This document shows, in pieces, positions 1-12,361 of a stretch of DNA of 64,000 bases; position 1 is the stretch's first letter; each line of letters opens with the position of its first letter. The stretch is taken from contig JBHGNT010000007.1 in NCBI GenBank assembly GCA_043228905.1, positions 3,596,001 to 3,660,000 on the forward strand, written 5' to 3'. The stretch is from Azolla caroliniana (taxonomy: Eukaryota > Plantae > Polypodiophyta). The translations under genes were made by a program, and so were the position numbers. The notes below the pieces were generated by a model. That model saw nothing but the letters and a program-made list of their open reading frames with translations, made no database searches and was not told the origin of the DNA.

Positions 1-1193
1 CGTCCTTATACCTATGTTGGTAATGTAGGTTGTGGTTAAAAAGGCAATCGTGTGCTTTTCATGCTATGATATTTATTGAATGATGGTATGGTTGAACCGG
101 ATACGAGTTCGCTATAATCCTTTAGTGTTGGAGTTTTTGTGTTCTATCCATGCTAACAATTAAATAATAGATTTAAATTGATCTCGCACATCCATTGATG
201 CATGCCCATCATAAAGAAATGCATCTCACCTCATCACAATATAAATGACAACTTCACATGATTTTAACGAGAATAAGAAAATATATAGCACATGATCTCC
301 ACAATACAAAAAAACAAGGCACATGTAACCAAACATAGGTGGATCGATAAACAAACACAACCCAAGTTTTTGGTCATTCACCAAGTTATAGAAAAGCATG
401 AACATAATTGAATGGCACATTTAGGTTGTCGCTAATAACGTAGTACTAAAACCTTTGTGACTTGTCAATGAAAAGCACATTATGTCCTAATACAATTGCA
501 ACTCAAATAGAGGAATTGATTGATAGATCATTTTGCCAAAAATAGAGTCCTAGTTTGAAAAGTTGTACACAAAAGGCATAAGTTAAGATTGAGAAAATAG
601 AGTTTTGGGATAAGTTAAATCAATTATGTGAGTGATTATTTGCAGAGTTAGATTACAACCTCACCACTCTAAAAAACAGAATGGTAGGTTTCAAGGTAGT
701 CAACCATGCGATTCACCACATGACAACCGTTAAAGGGAAAAAATGATAATATTAAGAGGAGAAAAACATAAGAAGGCATGGCGATAATGTACATCGTTTG
801 ATATATGAGGACATATCTAAGCTAATTGTATTGTTAATAATTAGCACTGATCTTGTTTGAACTCTCTGGTTTCCTAGATCAACATAAGACCTACTTGAAT
901 CATGGGTTTTAATCTTGTGCTTTTGTGATTCGTTGGAAGAAAACCCATACATTGCTAGACCAACATACACGCTTCTTGAATCGTGAGTTTGAATCCCATT
1001 TCCTTCAAGTGAGCACGAAGCATGAATGTGATCTGATGGAACAAACCCCATTACATGATAGCAATCGTACTGTGGTGGCAGTTGCTTCCATGAAGAGATT
1101 TGACATATTTGTGTCAAAAAGGTAGGCAATAGCTTGCCCCCCCCAAAAAACCCAAGGGCCATTCCGGATGCTTTTTGGTTAGTAAGGGCCCAG

Positions 1194-1325
1194 GGGCATT
1201 CAGGTAGTTTTTTAAGTTGAGCGGTATTCAGGCTGGTTTTGAAGTCGAGCGGTATTCAGGTTGGTTTTGACGTCGAGTGGTATTCAGGTTTATTTTGAAG
1301 CCGGGTGGTATTCAGGTAGTTTTTT
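1194..1325. repeat. ~29-bp tandem repeat, about 4.5 copies (GGTATTCAGGTTGGTTTTGAAGTCGAGC-like)
   Basis: The GGTATTCAGG core recurs at ~29-30 bp spacing. Confidence 0.7.
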
Positions 1326-1373
1326 TATAGAAAGAGAAAACATGAATGCTACGAGGATGATAGGAGCCACATG

Positions 1374-1375
<2 letters not shown>

Positions 1376-1412
<37 letters not shown>
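1376..1412. repeat. (GA)n microsatellite
   Basis: Direct reading. Confidence 0.95.
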
Positions 1413-1416
<4 letters not shown>

Positions 1417-1463
1417 AGGAATTAAGTGGCCTCCCAAAGAGAAACCATGGATCCTTCAAACTA

Positions 1464-4036
1464 ATGGCATGCTTGAACAGAGTATTCTTATGGACAGAAC
1501 AGATTTCTTCATCATTCTGCAACAACCGCAGTAGTGAGGTAAGTTCCCTAACATTTCCGTTTTTTCCATCTATTTACTGAGAATTACTCTCTATGGTTAT
1601 TTCAAATCTTTGAACCTTGTGCTCAGAGAGACTCCCCTCGTCAAACTCAATACATAAGGGAAGTGTACGTGGATGTGACAATATCCGGGAAAAGAAAGGA
1701 TACATTTAAGATGGTTCATCATGGCCAGAACTCGATTGTAGATTCTATAAAGTTATGTGCCAAACAGAAAAACATAAGAAAAGGATTCTGCATACACAAT
1801 GATCTTCTTCAGTGTGGTCTTCTTGAAGATATATATGTGAACTCTGCTTTGATTTGTATGTACATGAGTTGTGAAGAGATTACGAAAGCTCAAGAATTAT
1901 TAGACGAGCTTCCGGTTCGATATGTTATCTCCTGGAATGCATTGATATTGGGTTACACTAGGCAAAAGGATTAGATGAAAAAGCTCTTGATTGTTATACA
2001 AGAATGAGAGACGAGGGATTCATGCCAAATGTCATCACTTTTACTTGCATTTTGAAAGCTTGCGGTCACATAACATCATTGTTGCAAATACTTAGCATAA
2101 AATACGCGTACAATACGTATTCTAAGTATTCTACAAGTATTCTAACTTTTTTTTTAAAAATACTTAGAATACGTATAGATAAAGTAAGTTAAATACGTTA
2201 AATACTTAGAATACTTAGAATACGTGTAGAATACTTGTAAAATATGTTAAATACTTCTTAAAATTTAAAGTTTTTTTTTCAAAAAAAATAAAATATTTTT
2301 TGAAATGATAAATACTTGTTAAATACGTAGAATATGTCAAATTTTAAAAAACGGCAGTTCTAAAATGTAGAATACGTGTAGAATACTTCAAAGTATTCTA
2401 AAACGTACTCTAAACGTAGAATATGCGTTTTTTAACAACTATGCAGAACATTGATCAACAAGGGAGAAGCAATACATTAGGAGGTTTGAAAGAAGGGTCT
2501 ATTGAAGAAAAATGTACGATTGGGCACTGCTTTGGGGAACATGTATGGAAAATGTGGTATGCTTGAAAAGGCACTTGAGGTCTTTAATGCAATTTCGGTT
2601 CCAGATACTATCTCTTGGAGAGCACTCATTTCTGCATATGTTCAACATGGGCTCAATAATGAAGCATTAACTTTTTATGAACAAATGCGAGATGAGAGAC
2701 TCTCCAGATGCAGTTACTTTTGGTTGCACTTTGAAAGCTTGTGGAAGCATAGGATCCATAGAGAGGGGAGAAAGATTCATGCAGAGGTCCGTGAACGTGG
2801 ATGTTTGAAGAATGATATTCAAGTTGGCACAGCATTAGTGGATATGTATGCTAAATGTGGGGTGATTTCGAAAGCACAAGTTGTGTTTGATGAGCTTCCG
2901 ATGAGAGAGATTTGGTTGCTTGGACTGCTCTCATTGCTGGGTATGTTCAGAAAGGGCTCGGTAAGGAAACCCTAAATTGCTTTAGTCATATGCAAGAGGA
3001 TGGAATTGCACCTGATGCCTTCACTTTCCCTTGCATTTTGAAAGCTTGTGCTATCACAGGATCATCTGATAAAGGAGAACATATACATGTTGAGGTTGAT
3101 AGGTTGGGCTTATTGAGAGAAGACATTGTGCTAGGAAATGCGATAATTGATATGTATATCAAATGTGGCATGCTAGCAAAAGCCAAGGAAGTGTTGTATA
3201 AACTTCCAATGCGAGATCCTGTATCATGGACGGCATTGATTGCTGGGTATGCACAACATGACCTTGGCCGTGAGGCTTTGACATTCTTTGAACAGATGAG
3301 AAAAGAGGGACTCTACCCAGACCCATTTACTTTTGCTTGTGTTTTGAAAGCTTGTGGCAGCGTAGGATTATCTAAGAAGCGCGAAGAGATACATGCGGAT
3401 GTCAGAAAGAAAGGGCTGTTGAAAACAGATAGTATGCTTGGAAATATACTGATTGACATGTATATTAAATGTAGAATGATTGAAAAAGCACAAGAAGTGT
3501 TTGATGAGCTACCAATACATGATGCTGGTTCATGGACTACACTAATGGCTGGATATGCTCAACTTGGTAAAATCAACAGGATTTATGCTATCTTCAGCAA
3601 AATGATAGCAAAAGGTATTGTTCCAGATGGGATCACATTTGTTATTCTGTTGTCAGCATGCAGTCATGGGGGTTTACTAGATGAATTGAAAAATTACTTC
3701 AACATTATGAAAGTTTTCTACCATTTTCCTCCAACTTTAGAACACTACACTTGCATGGTCGATCTTTTCAGCCGTGCAGGGTGCTTTGAGAATGCTATAT
3801 GCGTGTTTCATCAGGCTGAGATATCTAATTGTATTCAGTTATGGTTCTCTCTCTTGAGTGCATGTCAAAAATGGAGAAATTTTGATCTTAGGAGATGGGC
3901 CTTTGAATGTTCCATACAACTGGATGAAGATAATGCTGCAGCATATGTGTGCATGAGTAATATATATGCAGATACAGGCATGTATAGAGAAGAAGATCAA
4001 TTTGAAAGTTTAGGGACAAAAAAAGGCAGTGGATGA
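1464..4036 (+). pseudogene. PLS-class (PLS-E) pentatricopeptide repeat pseudogene
   Basis: Putative exon 1 1464-1538 (MACLNRVF..., GTAAG donor) splices in frame to an AG acceptor at 1626. PPR motifs (SWNALI, DMYAKCG, FTCILKACG) are spread over ORFs 1663-1974, 2004-2192, 2502-2975 and 2912-4036. Frameshifts near 1970, 2705 and 2910, in-frame stops near 2478-2489, MITE insertion at 2077-2443. C-terminal E motif (HYTCMVDLFSRAG...YVCMSNIYA), no DYW. Confidence 0.9.
2077..2443. mobile_element. hAT-like MITE (367 bp) inserted in the PPR coding sequence
   Basis: Imperfect termini CATTGTTG.../...CAACTATG; 8-bp TSD CATAACAT (2069-2076) / CAGAACAT (2444-2451); removal restores the PPR frame (CGHITLINKGEAIH); AT-rich interior with repeated AATACGT/AATACTT motifs. 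Confidence 0.75.
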
Positions 4037-6027
4037 TGTGTTACTGGAGTGAAGTGGAAAAGTGCTTTTCTCTGATATGGAGGAAAAACTTGAAGACAAT
4101 TGTAAGATGTGCTATGTTGGCACATTGGTCATTTATTCACCATGCACATGCCAGGATAGATAGGCATCTGATTTAAGATCAACAAATTGTACTTTTTCAA
4201 GGATTGAAAGTATGTCTATAAGGATCTTTCTTAAGAATATGAAAATCCGAAATGCTCACAAGTTCAGGTTCATTGGGTTTCTTAGTTTGTCCTCACCATT
4301 GGCTGTGTCTAAGATTATAATTCAAAACTTTATACCAGTGGTTCTAGAATTACCCATTAGAGGCATTAAGAAGCTTATATATTTTGGCAAATTTGGAGCT
4401 CTGCACAGACAATGAATCATCCTTAATTGTAGACAATGATTTGTCTGGCATGTACTCAAGATCTGGATTTCCTTTTTAGATTCTTTTTCCCCTGTTGCTA
4501 TTTTATACAGCATGTTATATTGATGAAGCTCATCTACCAAGATTTTTGTGTTCTTTTATCTCCATGCTTGTCATCTGGATGCATTGCAGGAAATTGCATC
4601 TTGTTTTATGTAGAGGAGCTTAACACGGTAAGGTATTCAGTCTTGATGGAGGAGATACAAACATCTATTGAGTGGCTCTTGACTTTACATATGTACTGTA
4701 TTCCGGCTGCCTTGTCACAGCTCTTTATCCATCACATGCTTCTTCATGAGAGGAAGATTGACCACCTCCTAGTCCATTATTTACAGTTGGTAGTTGGTAC
4801 TATCATTTTGTCAGAAGGTGATGTAAACCCACTTTTTCATGAAACAACCACCATGTACAACCGCAGCAGACTCATGACTTCTGCATGGCATGGAAAGAGT
4901 TCCCTGTTGGAACCTTCTTCCACACATTAAAGTTATGTGCTTATTATGCATGCAGATGGGAACAAAAGTGAAATTCAAGGCCTTCTTCCTCAGATACAAT
5001 GCAGAATTTAAGGCCTTGGTGGATTAAGGGCCGCATGAGTAGGGTCCTGAGCAACATCAAAGCTAGTTTCACCCATTAGCAAACGTGCTTTACTTGCTTG
5101 GGAGACCATTCCAATCCAGTCCAAGATGGAGATCATTCCAATGGCAATATGCATAAAACATTGCCTGTATAAGTTCAAGTAGACCCAGATGTCAAAATTA
5201 CCCAAAAATGGCATAATCTTGATACTACATTGCATTGAAATGCAATTATCCCAAATAACTTTGATAGGAGGTACATTCATATAAATCTCTCAATGTGCCA
5301 ATATAAAATTTAATTGAAGGTTAGGATGCCATATATATGTGGTTGGATTCATAGAGGCAGACAAATTATCAGAGCTTTTTCTTCACAACTATTGCTACAC
5401 ATGGGATCTGAAGCTCTCCCAAGGATTTATCTATCCAAATAGATGTGACAATCACTATATTTTATTTTTTCTCTTTTACAAAATAAGAGTCTGAACCCTT
5501 TGGTCAAGTCATGAAACTTACATGACATATATTCAACCATTTTATACATCACCTAACATTTCACATAGAAGAGCAATTGTCCTACCACTCTTGGTTAGAA
5601 ACTTATTAGGTCACTCCTAATCCTAAATACCAAAGTTTATGGGATGCACACAATGGTTTTTCGATGACATGTTCTTACAACTTCAAGGACAAAAGTTCCT
5701 TTTCTTCACCTTCCAAGAATGATATGTGCACTAGCAATATGCCTCTCCATTCTGCATCTGGCATACTAGTTACTTCACCATTTTACATCTAGCTTGGCAT
5801 GTGCAATGACACTATAGGTTGCATCTGTAGTACCTTGCATTTTCTTGTTATCAAGCTAATTGGAGGGAGTTGTCAAGTACATACCATAGAGCTAGGCAAC
5901 TAAGAAGTGCCAGAATTTTGATTCTGAAGACAAATGTTTTTCATTCAAACATTCAGTAACACAAGGGTTACCAAATCTGCCAAAACTGTCAATGGATTTG
6001 ATGGAAATAGTACAAATAGAATGGAAA

Positions 6028-8961
6028 CTAATATATGGAACAACATTCTCCCAAAGGCAATGATTCTGGATACAACTCATCTAGAATGGCCAATGTATCA
6101 CTTTTCTCTGGTTTTGCACTAGAGTCTGTAGATGGATATGAATCTCCATAGATATCAGACATTAGCACATACCATGAACCCTCATTTGGTTTACGATCCA
6201 GAAGCTCTTGAAAGCACTTATTTGCAAGTTTTCTACTGCCATGGATCCTGCAATTAGCAAGCAAAGACGTCCATGAAATAATATCTGGGACCATTGGCAT
6301 TGTATGAAGAAGATCCATGGCTTCAAGCAAACATCCACCTCGTCCGAGAATATCACCCAGGCAGCTATAGTGATTCACATTGGGAAACAATTCATGCTCT
6401 AAAGTCATCAATTTGAAGTATTTAAGTCCCTCTATCAAGAGTCCAGAGTGGCTACATGCAGATAGTATGTTTGTGAAGATGAATTGAGGTGCTTTCAAGC
6501 CTTGCTTTTGCATATTCTTAAAGCATTGATCCACCTCGTTGCATTTGTCATTCCAAATGAAGCCTGACATCATTGCACTCCATGATACCATATCCTGAGT
6601 TCCCAAGGAAGTAAATATATTACGAGCCTCATGTAGTTTTCCACATTTTGCATACATATCAATCATAGTATTCCCCAGTAACACATCTGTTTCATACCCA
6701 CTTTCAATAATATGTACATGGATAACTTGCCCTTCGTCAATCGCTCCTATGAGGGCACATGCTTGTAGGGAGGACAGGAATACTGGTTTGTTAGGAATAA
6801 TATTATCACGCTGCATTTTCTTGTAGAGATCTAAGGCTATAAGCCCATTATTCTGCATGGTATAGCCTGCAATCAAGGCACCCCATGACATGACACTGCT
6901 GTCAGAAAAACTGTTGAACACTTTTTCTGCCTCCTCGATGAGTCCACACTTTGCATACATATCCACAAGAGTGTTCAGAACAATACTAGTAAGAGCTCCG
7001 CTTCTAACAGCCCTATCATGTAACAATCTACCTTCTTCTATAGCTCCCATAATGCTGCATGCACCTAATGCACATGAAAAGGTTACTTCATTCGACTGTA
7101 TATTTTGTTGCTGCATTTCTTCAAATAGTTTGAGAGCAATATATCCCTTTCCTTGTAATACATACCCAGAAATCATAGCTCCCCAGGATACAATATTACT
7201 CTTGGGCAGACCGTCGAAAACTTTGTGAGCCTCCTTGATACTCCCACATTTGGCATACATATCAATAAGGGTGTTTTTAATTACTTCTTCTACTTCCCAT
7301 TCACCTCTCACAATCTCATCATGAATATACCTCCCTTTCTTGAGTGCTTTCATATCCCTGCAGATTTTCAACATACTTACAAGGATGCTTGTACTTGGTG
7401 ATTCATTATGAAATGCCTTTTCGAAGAGCTGAAAAGCTCTATCACCAACATTATTATGGTTTGTGTATGCTTCAAAAATTATGTTGTAAGAATCTATGTT
7501 TTTGTTTGGAAGTTTCTCAAATATATTGATTGCATCATATAATTCGTTAAGTTTGCTGTACATTTCAATTATTGCATTTACAACTACCACATCAACATCC
7601 AAACCAACTTCAATCATATGTTGATTTATTAATTTGCCTTCCAAAAGTGCTCCAAACCTTCTACAAGCCTTCAAGGTTAACAAAAATATGCCTTTATCGG
7701 GCAGTATACACTCATTCATTTCTCCGTAGAGATGAAGGGCATCAGGATCATGTCCATGCTGTACATATCCTGAAATCAGGGCACCCCATGCCACCTCATC
7801 TCTTTCTGATATCATGTTGAACACAATATACGCACTTTCAAAGTCTCCACATTTAGCATACATGTCGATGAGACTATTTCCAACAGTTTTCTGTGATTCT
7901 AGATGCATTCTGATAGTCATATCATGCATCAATAATCCATATTTGATATTACCAACTCCAGCACAAGCTTTTAGAATGCAAATGACGATTGCCCTGTCAG
8001 CCTGTATTGGAATTCTCTGCATCTTCTCAAACAACTCGAAACTATTTACAAAGCAACCATTCTTTACATATCCAGCAATCAAGGAAGACCACAATACTAC
8101 ATCTTCATTTGGCAGAGCATCAAATATTCTGTGTGCCTCCTGGAGACTTCCACATTTTCCATACATGTCGACAAGCACGCTTGCTAACTGTGCATCCATT
8201 TCCAGCCCTTCTCGTAACATATAATAGTGTATTTGTCTTCCATGTGCTAGAAAGCTAGTAATTGTGCATGCTTTGAGTGCAGATATATATATGACTTTAC
8301 TTTTTCTTATAGTTGTTGCATGCATTCTCTCCAAAAGTTCAAGTGCAATCATGCCATACTCATGCTGGACATATCCTGTGAGCATTGCACCCCATGACAC
8401 TGAATCTTTATCTGGTAACATGTCAAAAACACATCTTGATTCCTGTACACTTCCACATTTTGCATACATGTCTATGAGCGTGTTACTCAAAGTCAAATGC
8501 CTTGCAAACCCACTTCTAATAATGTCATCATGTACAGCCCTTCCTTTGCCCACTGATCCAATACCATAGAATGCCTTCAAGACACATAAAAATGTAACTA
8601 CCGAAGGTTCAATGCCTTTCCTTCTCATGCTATTATACATGTCAAATGTAGTATCAATGTTTCCAAGCTTTGCATGGGCAGATATAATGGCATTCCATGC
8701 GTAAGCATCTTGTCTCCTAACCTTATGAAATGCTTCATTAGCAGAAGTCAAGCTACCACATGCTGCAAACATTCGGATAATGTGGTTATGGATGATGGGA
8801 ATCAATGTCAAGCCATCGTTTGAGAGGATAGAGTAGATTTCTTGGGCAGAAACCAAGTCTTTCCTCTTTGAACAGCTTTGAATCAGTTCCAAAGCTGTGT
8901 GTTGGGGAATGGCAATCCCTTGCTTTTGCATGAAGGACACTTTTTGAAGTGATTTGTCCAT
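6028..8961 (-). CDS. PLS-E class pentatricopeptide repeat protein (probable organellar RNA-editing specificity factor), ~977 aa
   Basis: Uninterrupted ORF with many P-L-S triplets (NTLIDMYAKCGS, VSWGAMISGY, FSCALGACS) and an E domain (HYSCLGDILGRGG...SWTSLLANC...YVLMSDIY); no DYW. First in-frame ATG at 8961; an upstream exon (donor near 9700) is possible. Confidence 0.93.
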   Translation of the reverse strand: MDKSLQKVSFMQKQGIAIPQHTALELIQSCSKRKDLVSAQEIYSILSNDGLTLIPIIHNHIIRMFAACGSLTSANEAFHKVRRQDAYAWNAIISAHAKLGNIDTTFDMYNSMRRKGIEPSVVTFLCVLKAFYGIGSVGKGRAVHDDIIRSGFARHLTLSNTLIDMYAKCGSVQESRCVFDMLPDKDSVSWGAMLTGYVQHEYGMIALELLERMHATTIRKSKVIYISALKACTITSFLAHGRQIHYYMLREGLEMDAQLASVLVDMYGKCGSLQEAHRIFDALPNEDVVLWSSLIAGYVKNGCFVNSFELFEKMQRIPIQADRAIVICILKACAGVGNIKYGLLMHDMTIRMHLESQKTVGNSLIDMYAKCGDFESAYIVFNMISERDEVAWGALISGYVQHGHDPDALHLYGEMNECILPDKGIFLLTLKACRRFGALLEGKLINQHMIEVGLDVDVVVVNAIIEMYSKLNELYDAINIFEKLPNKNIDSYNIIFEAYTNHNNVGDRAFQLFEKAFHNESPSTSILVSMLKICRDMKALKKGRYIHDEIVRGEWEVEEVIKNTLIDMYAKCGSIKEAHKVFDGLPKSNIVSWGAMISGYVLQGKGYIALKLFEEMQQQNIQSNEVTFSCALGACSIMGAIEEGRLLHDRAVRSGALTSIVLNTLVDMYAKCGLIEEAEKVFNSFSDSSVMSWGALIAGYTMQNNGLIALDLYKKMQRDNIIPNKPVFLSSLQACALIGAIDEGQVIHVHIIESGYETDVLLGNTMIDMYAKCGKLHEARNIFTSLGTQDMVSWSAMMSGFIWNDKCNEVDQCFKNMQKQGLKAPQFIFTNILSACSHSGLLIEGLKYFKLMTLEHELFPNVNHYSCLGDILGRGGCLLEAMDLLHTMPMVPDIISWTSLLANCRIHGSRKLANKCFQELLDRKPNEGSWYVLMSDIYGDSYPSTDSSAKPEKSDTLAILDELYPESLPLGECCSIY

Positions 8962-10310
8962 TACTGACAAAACAGGCCATGGATCTTAAGAGAAACATGA
9001 TAATATGGACAATAAAGACTCTGTAACCCCCAAAATACATGGCATTCTCCATAGATCAGCATCAAACTACAGAGATTATCCATCCTTGATAAAACATGCC
9101 ATGGATCTTAAAAGAACTGTGCTCATATCGACTAGAGAAGTTTTGCAACCCCCAAAATACACAGCATTGTCTACAAACCAGCATAAACAAGGCAGGTTTA
9201 GGTCACTTTCTAAACTGAATTGTCCATTCTTGGCGAAACACGCCATAGATCTTACACGAACCATGCTTTTATTGACAGTAAAGGTTTTGCAATCGCCAAA
9301 ATGCACGAGCTTTTGCATGAAACGGCATTAAAATGAAGCTCATATTGAAAAAATGAGGCTATGAAATCCCCAAAAAATGCATGAGCCTTGAAATTGATCG
9401 ATATTAACTAAGCATATGTAGGCCACTTTCTGAAGTGGATGGATGATGGAAAAACAATTCTTACAATGCTTATTGGAAGAAAAGAGACTGAAACCACCTA
9501 CAACCAACTAAAGTTTCTGCTGGTTGGCATAATACTAAGCAGATTTATACCACTTTTTGGAGCAAACGGACAATTAGTGAACAAACACATGCCATAAGAG
9601 AACCATAAGTCGTATTCACAATAGAAGCCCTAACCACCCCCCCACCCCCCCAAATGAATGATATTCCCCATTAATCAGAACAAAAATTTGGAAGACTTAC
9701 CTCTCACCTTATTTCACATCATAAAAAATCTACGTCTTCATATATGCATTCGCAGCAACCATCCACAACATAGATCTTTCCCGTGGAACACGACAATGCA
9801 GAGAAAAGTGGTAATGTGAAGAACATGTGAGAATCTCTGAAGATGTGCAGAAGCTACATATGTATATACGCACTACATACTAGGTGGTTCCCGGGTCTGG
9901 ATGAAGAGAACGACTGAAACTACCAGAGTTTTCGGTATACTTGACGATCAGAAAGTTTGCTTTCATATCTTGAAAACGATCGCCGCCTACTCAGCACATC
10001 AGAAACAGATTACTGATCGATCTGATGGCCCTACTTATATTACACCATTAACCGATTCCTCTAGTTTACCTCGTCTCTGCAGACTGCCACCTGCTTCTCA
10101 TCGGTTTCACCACTCACCCTATGTAAGCTGAGCTAGTGACCCCTCACTTTATCACTGGACACCCACCAATGACCATCAATGGAGGTCATTTCCTAGTCCA
10201 CCAGTGCACTCAAGGCTCCCTAGTAGAAGTAGGGTAATATAATAGACAGACAGACAAATAGATAGATAGATAGATAGATAGAGAAGGGTAATAGAGAGAG
10301 AGAGAGAGAG

Positions 10311-10531
10311 CAATGGATGTAGCTTAGTTGGCAATGGTAAGTAAGGTTGCCCAATTGAGACCAGGTGGTCATCGATTCAGCCCCTACGGTTCCACAGACT
10401 GACATCTAGTGAAATAAGAGATATCTATGGAGTATAATAGAGAGGTGAGAAAATTGGGTTTCAACCCCAAGGTATATAGTGTGTTGGACTCTAGTAGTGT
10501 AACGACTTACCACTAGGGCGAACTATTTACA

Positions 10532-10533
<2 letters not shown>
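10311..10533 (+). mobile_element. tRNA-derived SINE, copy 1, embedded in (GA)n
   Basis: Box A-like TAGCTTAGTTGG and degenerate box B; body shared with 12008-12199 (CATCTAGTGAAATAAGAGATAT, ACTTACCACTAGGG); (GA)n on both sides. Confidence 0.65.
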
Positions 10534-10591
<58 letters not shown>

Positions 10592-11630
10592 AGAATTTTT
10601 ATCGTCCATAAAGAGGCCAATTTTGAGCTATGGGACCAGAGTATACATGTGTTCTTGATATGTGTCTCCTTCTTAAGAACTAAGAAGGGGTATTCATACA
10701 TTGAAGCACAAAGTCTCTATGTGTGAATAAAGCATACACATATGAGCTCAACCTTCTTGGTGGTGTCTTTAGTATGGCACTTAAGTTATCACTCCCTCTT
10801 AGTATGTCAGCATATCTTGAACGAATTGGACTATATGTCGAGCATGTAAAGAGAGAGAGATAGATAGATAGATAGATTATATTATCGTCTTCGGAGGTCA
10901 AATATGACCTATGAGACCAAAAATATTACATTTCACGTGATACGTGTGAAAGTGAGTAGTGACTCTCAATGTTCAAGGACTTTACCAATGAATGTTGCAA
11001 TCGAGAGTGCACATTGTGGTTGTGAGAGAAATTCATGCAAAGATTGGGCTCGATCGAAGAGATGTGGAAGCATGGTCGAATATGATCAAAGGTAGAGCAT
11101 TGTATCAAAGTGTGATACTCAGACTCACGAACTTGTTTAGGGCAAAGTGTGCATAGCCGACCACTCTCATCACTTGTGCCCCAACGCCCTGTTTCACTTT
11201 ATATGTTATGTGTGCAATGGCACTGTATGGATTAAAGCAAGCACCACATGCTTCTTTTGCACATTCACTTGGAGGAGAGTCCACATAGGTTCATTAAATG
11301 TCATTATAGCATGTATCATTTGGAAGTAGTTATCGAACATTTGGCAAAGTTTAACCCGTTGTTATTTGAGGACTCGACACTGAGTTTTTTCTCAATATGT
11401 TCAAAATGGTTCAAATGATGAGATGGAGAAATTGTTCCAATTTTTGCAATGTGGGGTACTGCAACACAATTGGAATATGCGTAATGCTTTCATGTTTGAT
11501 AATAGACAATGGGGTGAAAGCCTATATGAAGAAGTTGAAAGTTATTATTCTTTGGAATTTCAACATGTTAGGGCATGTGGGGGTCGTTTCCTCAAGTGCA
11601 TATTCTGGTTTTCTAGTGGCATTAATATAA

Positions 11631-11943
11631 GGGAAAAGTACCAGGATACCCCTGGAAGTTCATCTATTTACCAAAATGCCCCTGGAAGTTCCAAATTTAC
11701 CAAACTACCCTTATGTCCAAAAAAATACACTTTATAAAGTAAGTACAAAGGACCCAAAGAATCTCTTAAGTAAAGAAATTTGTGTTTTAAGGGTATTCTG
11801 GTAAATAGGGCATGTAGATTTAAGTGTATAATTACTTTATAAAGTGTATTTTTTTGGACATAGGGGTAGTTTGGTAAATTTGGAACTTCTAGGGGCATTC
11901 TGGTAAATAGATGAACTTCCAAGGGTATCCTGGTACTTTTCCC
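11631..11943. mobile_element. Mutator-like MITE (313 bp) with ~110-bp TIRs
   Basis: GGGAAAAGTACCAGGATACCC.../...GGGTATCCTGGTACTTTTCCC; exact 9-bp TSD TTAATATAA (11622-11630, 11944-11952). Confidence 0.92.
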
Positions 11944-11962
11944 TTAATATAATTGTGTGCTT

Positions 11963-12004
<42 letters not shown>

Positions 12005-12007
12005 CAG

Positions 12008-12199
12008 ATGGATGTAGCTTAGTTGGTAAGGTTGCCTAATGGAGACCAGGTTGTCATGGGTTTAACCCCTACATTCCACAATGGCATCTAGTGAAATAAG
12101 AGATATATATGGTGTAATAGAGAGGTGAGAAGTTTCGAACCCAAAATGTAATGCTAATAGTGTAAAACTTACCACTAGGGTAAGCTAATTATAATAAAA
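12008..12199 (+). mobile_element. tRNA-derived SINE, copy 2, directly after (GA)n
   Basis: GGATGTAGCTTAGTTGGTAAG (box A) ... GGGTTTAACCC (box B-like); A-rich tail; homologous to 10311-10533. Confidence 0.65.
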
Positions 12200-12266
12200 G
12201 AGATTGGGAAAGACCCTCTAATGTGAATGGGACATTTGTTCCTTTTTATCTTATTTGTATTTTTTA

Positions 12267-12361
12267 GGGAAAAGTACCAGGATACCCCTGGAAGTTCGTC
12301 TATTTACCAGGGGCATTCTGGTAAATAGACGAACTTCCAGGGGTATCCTGGTACTTTTCCC
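12267..12361. mobile_element. 95-bp minimal derivative of the same Mutator-like MITE
   Basis: Perfect 44-bp inverted arms with a 7-nt spacer; exact 9-bp TSD TATTTTTTA (12258-12266, 12362-12370). Confidence 0.92.

Noticed and set aside
4200-5900. Possible decayed LINE or other coding relic between the PPR genes
   Set aside because: No motif could be read with confidence in any frame
10900-11620. Short ORFs suggesting an old transposase fragment (likewise 226-1162)
   Set aside because: No recognisable domain or termini
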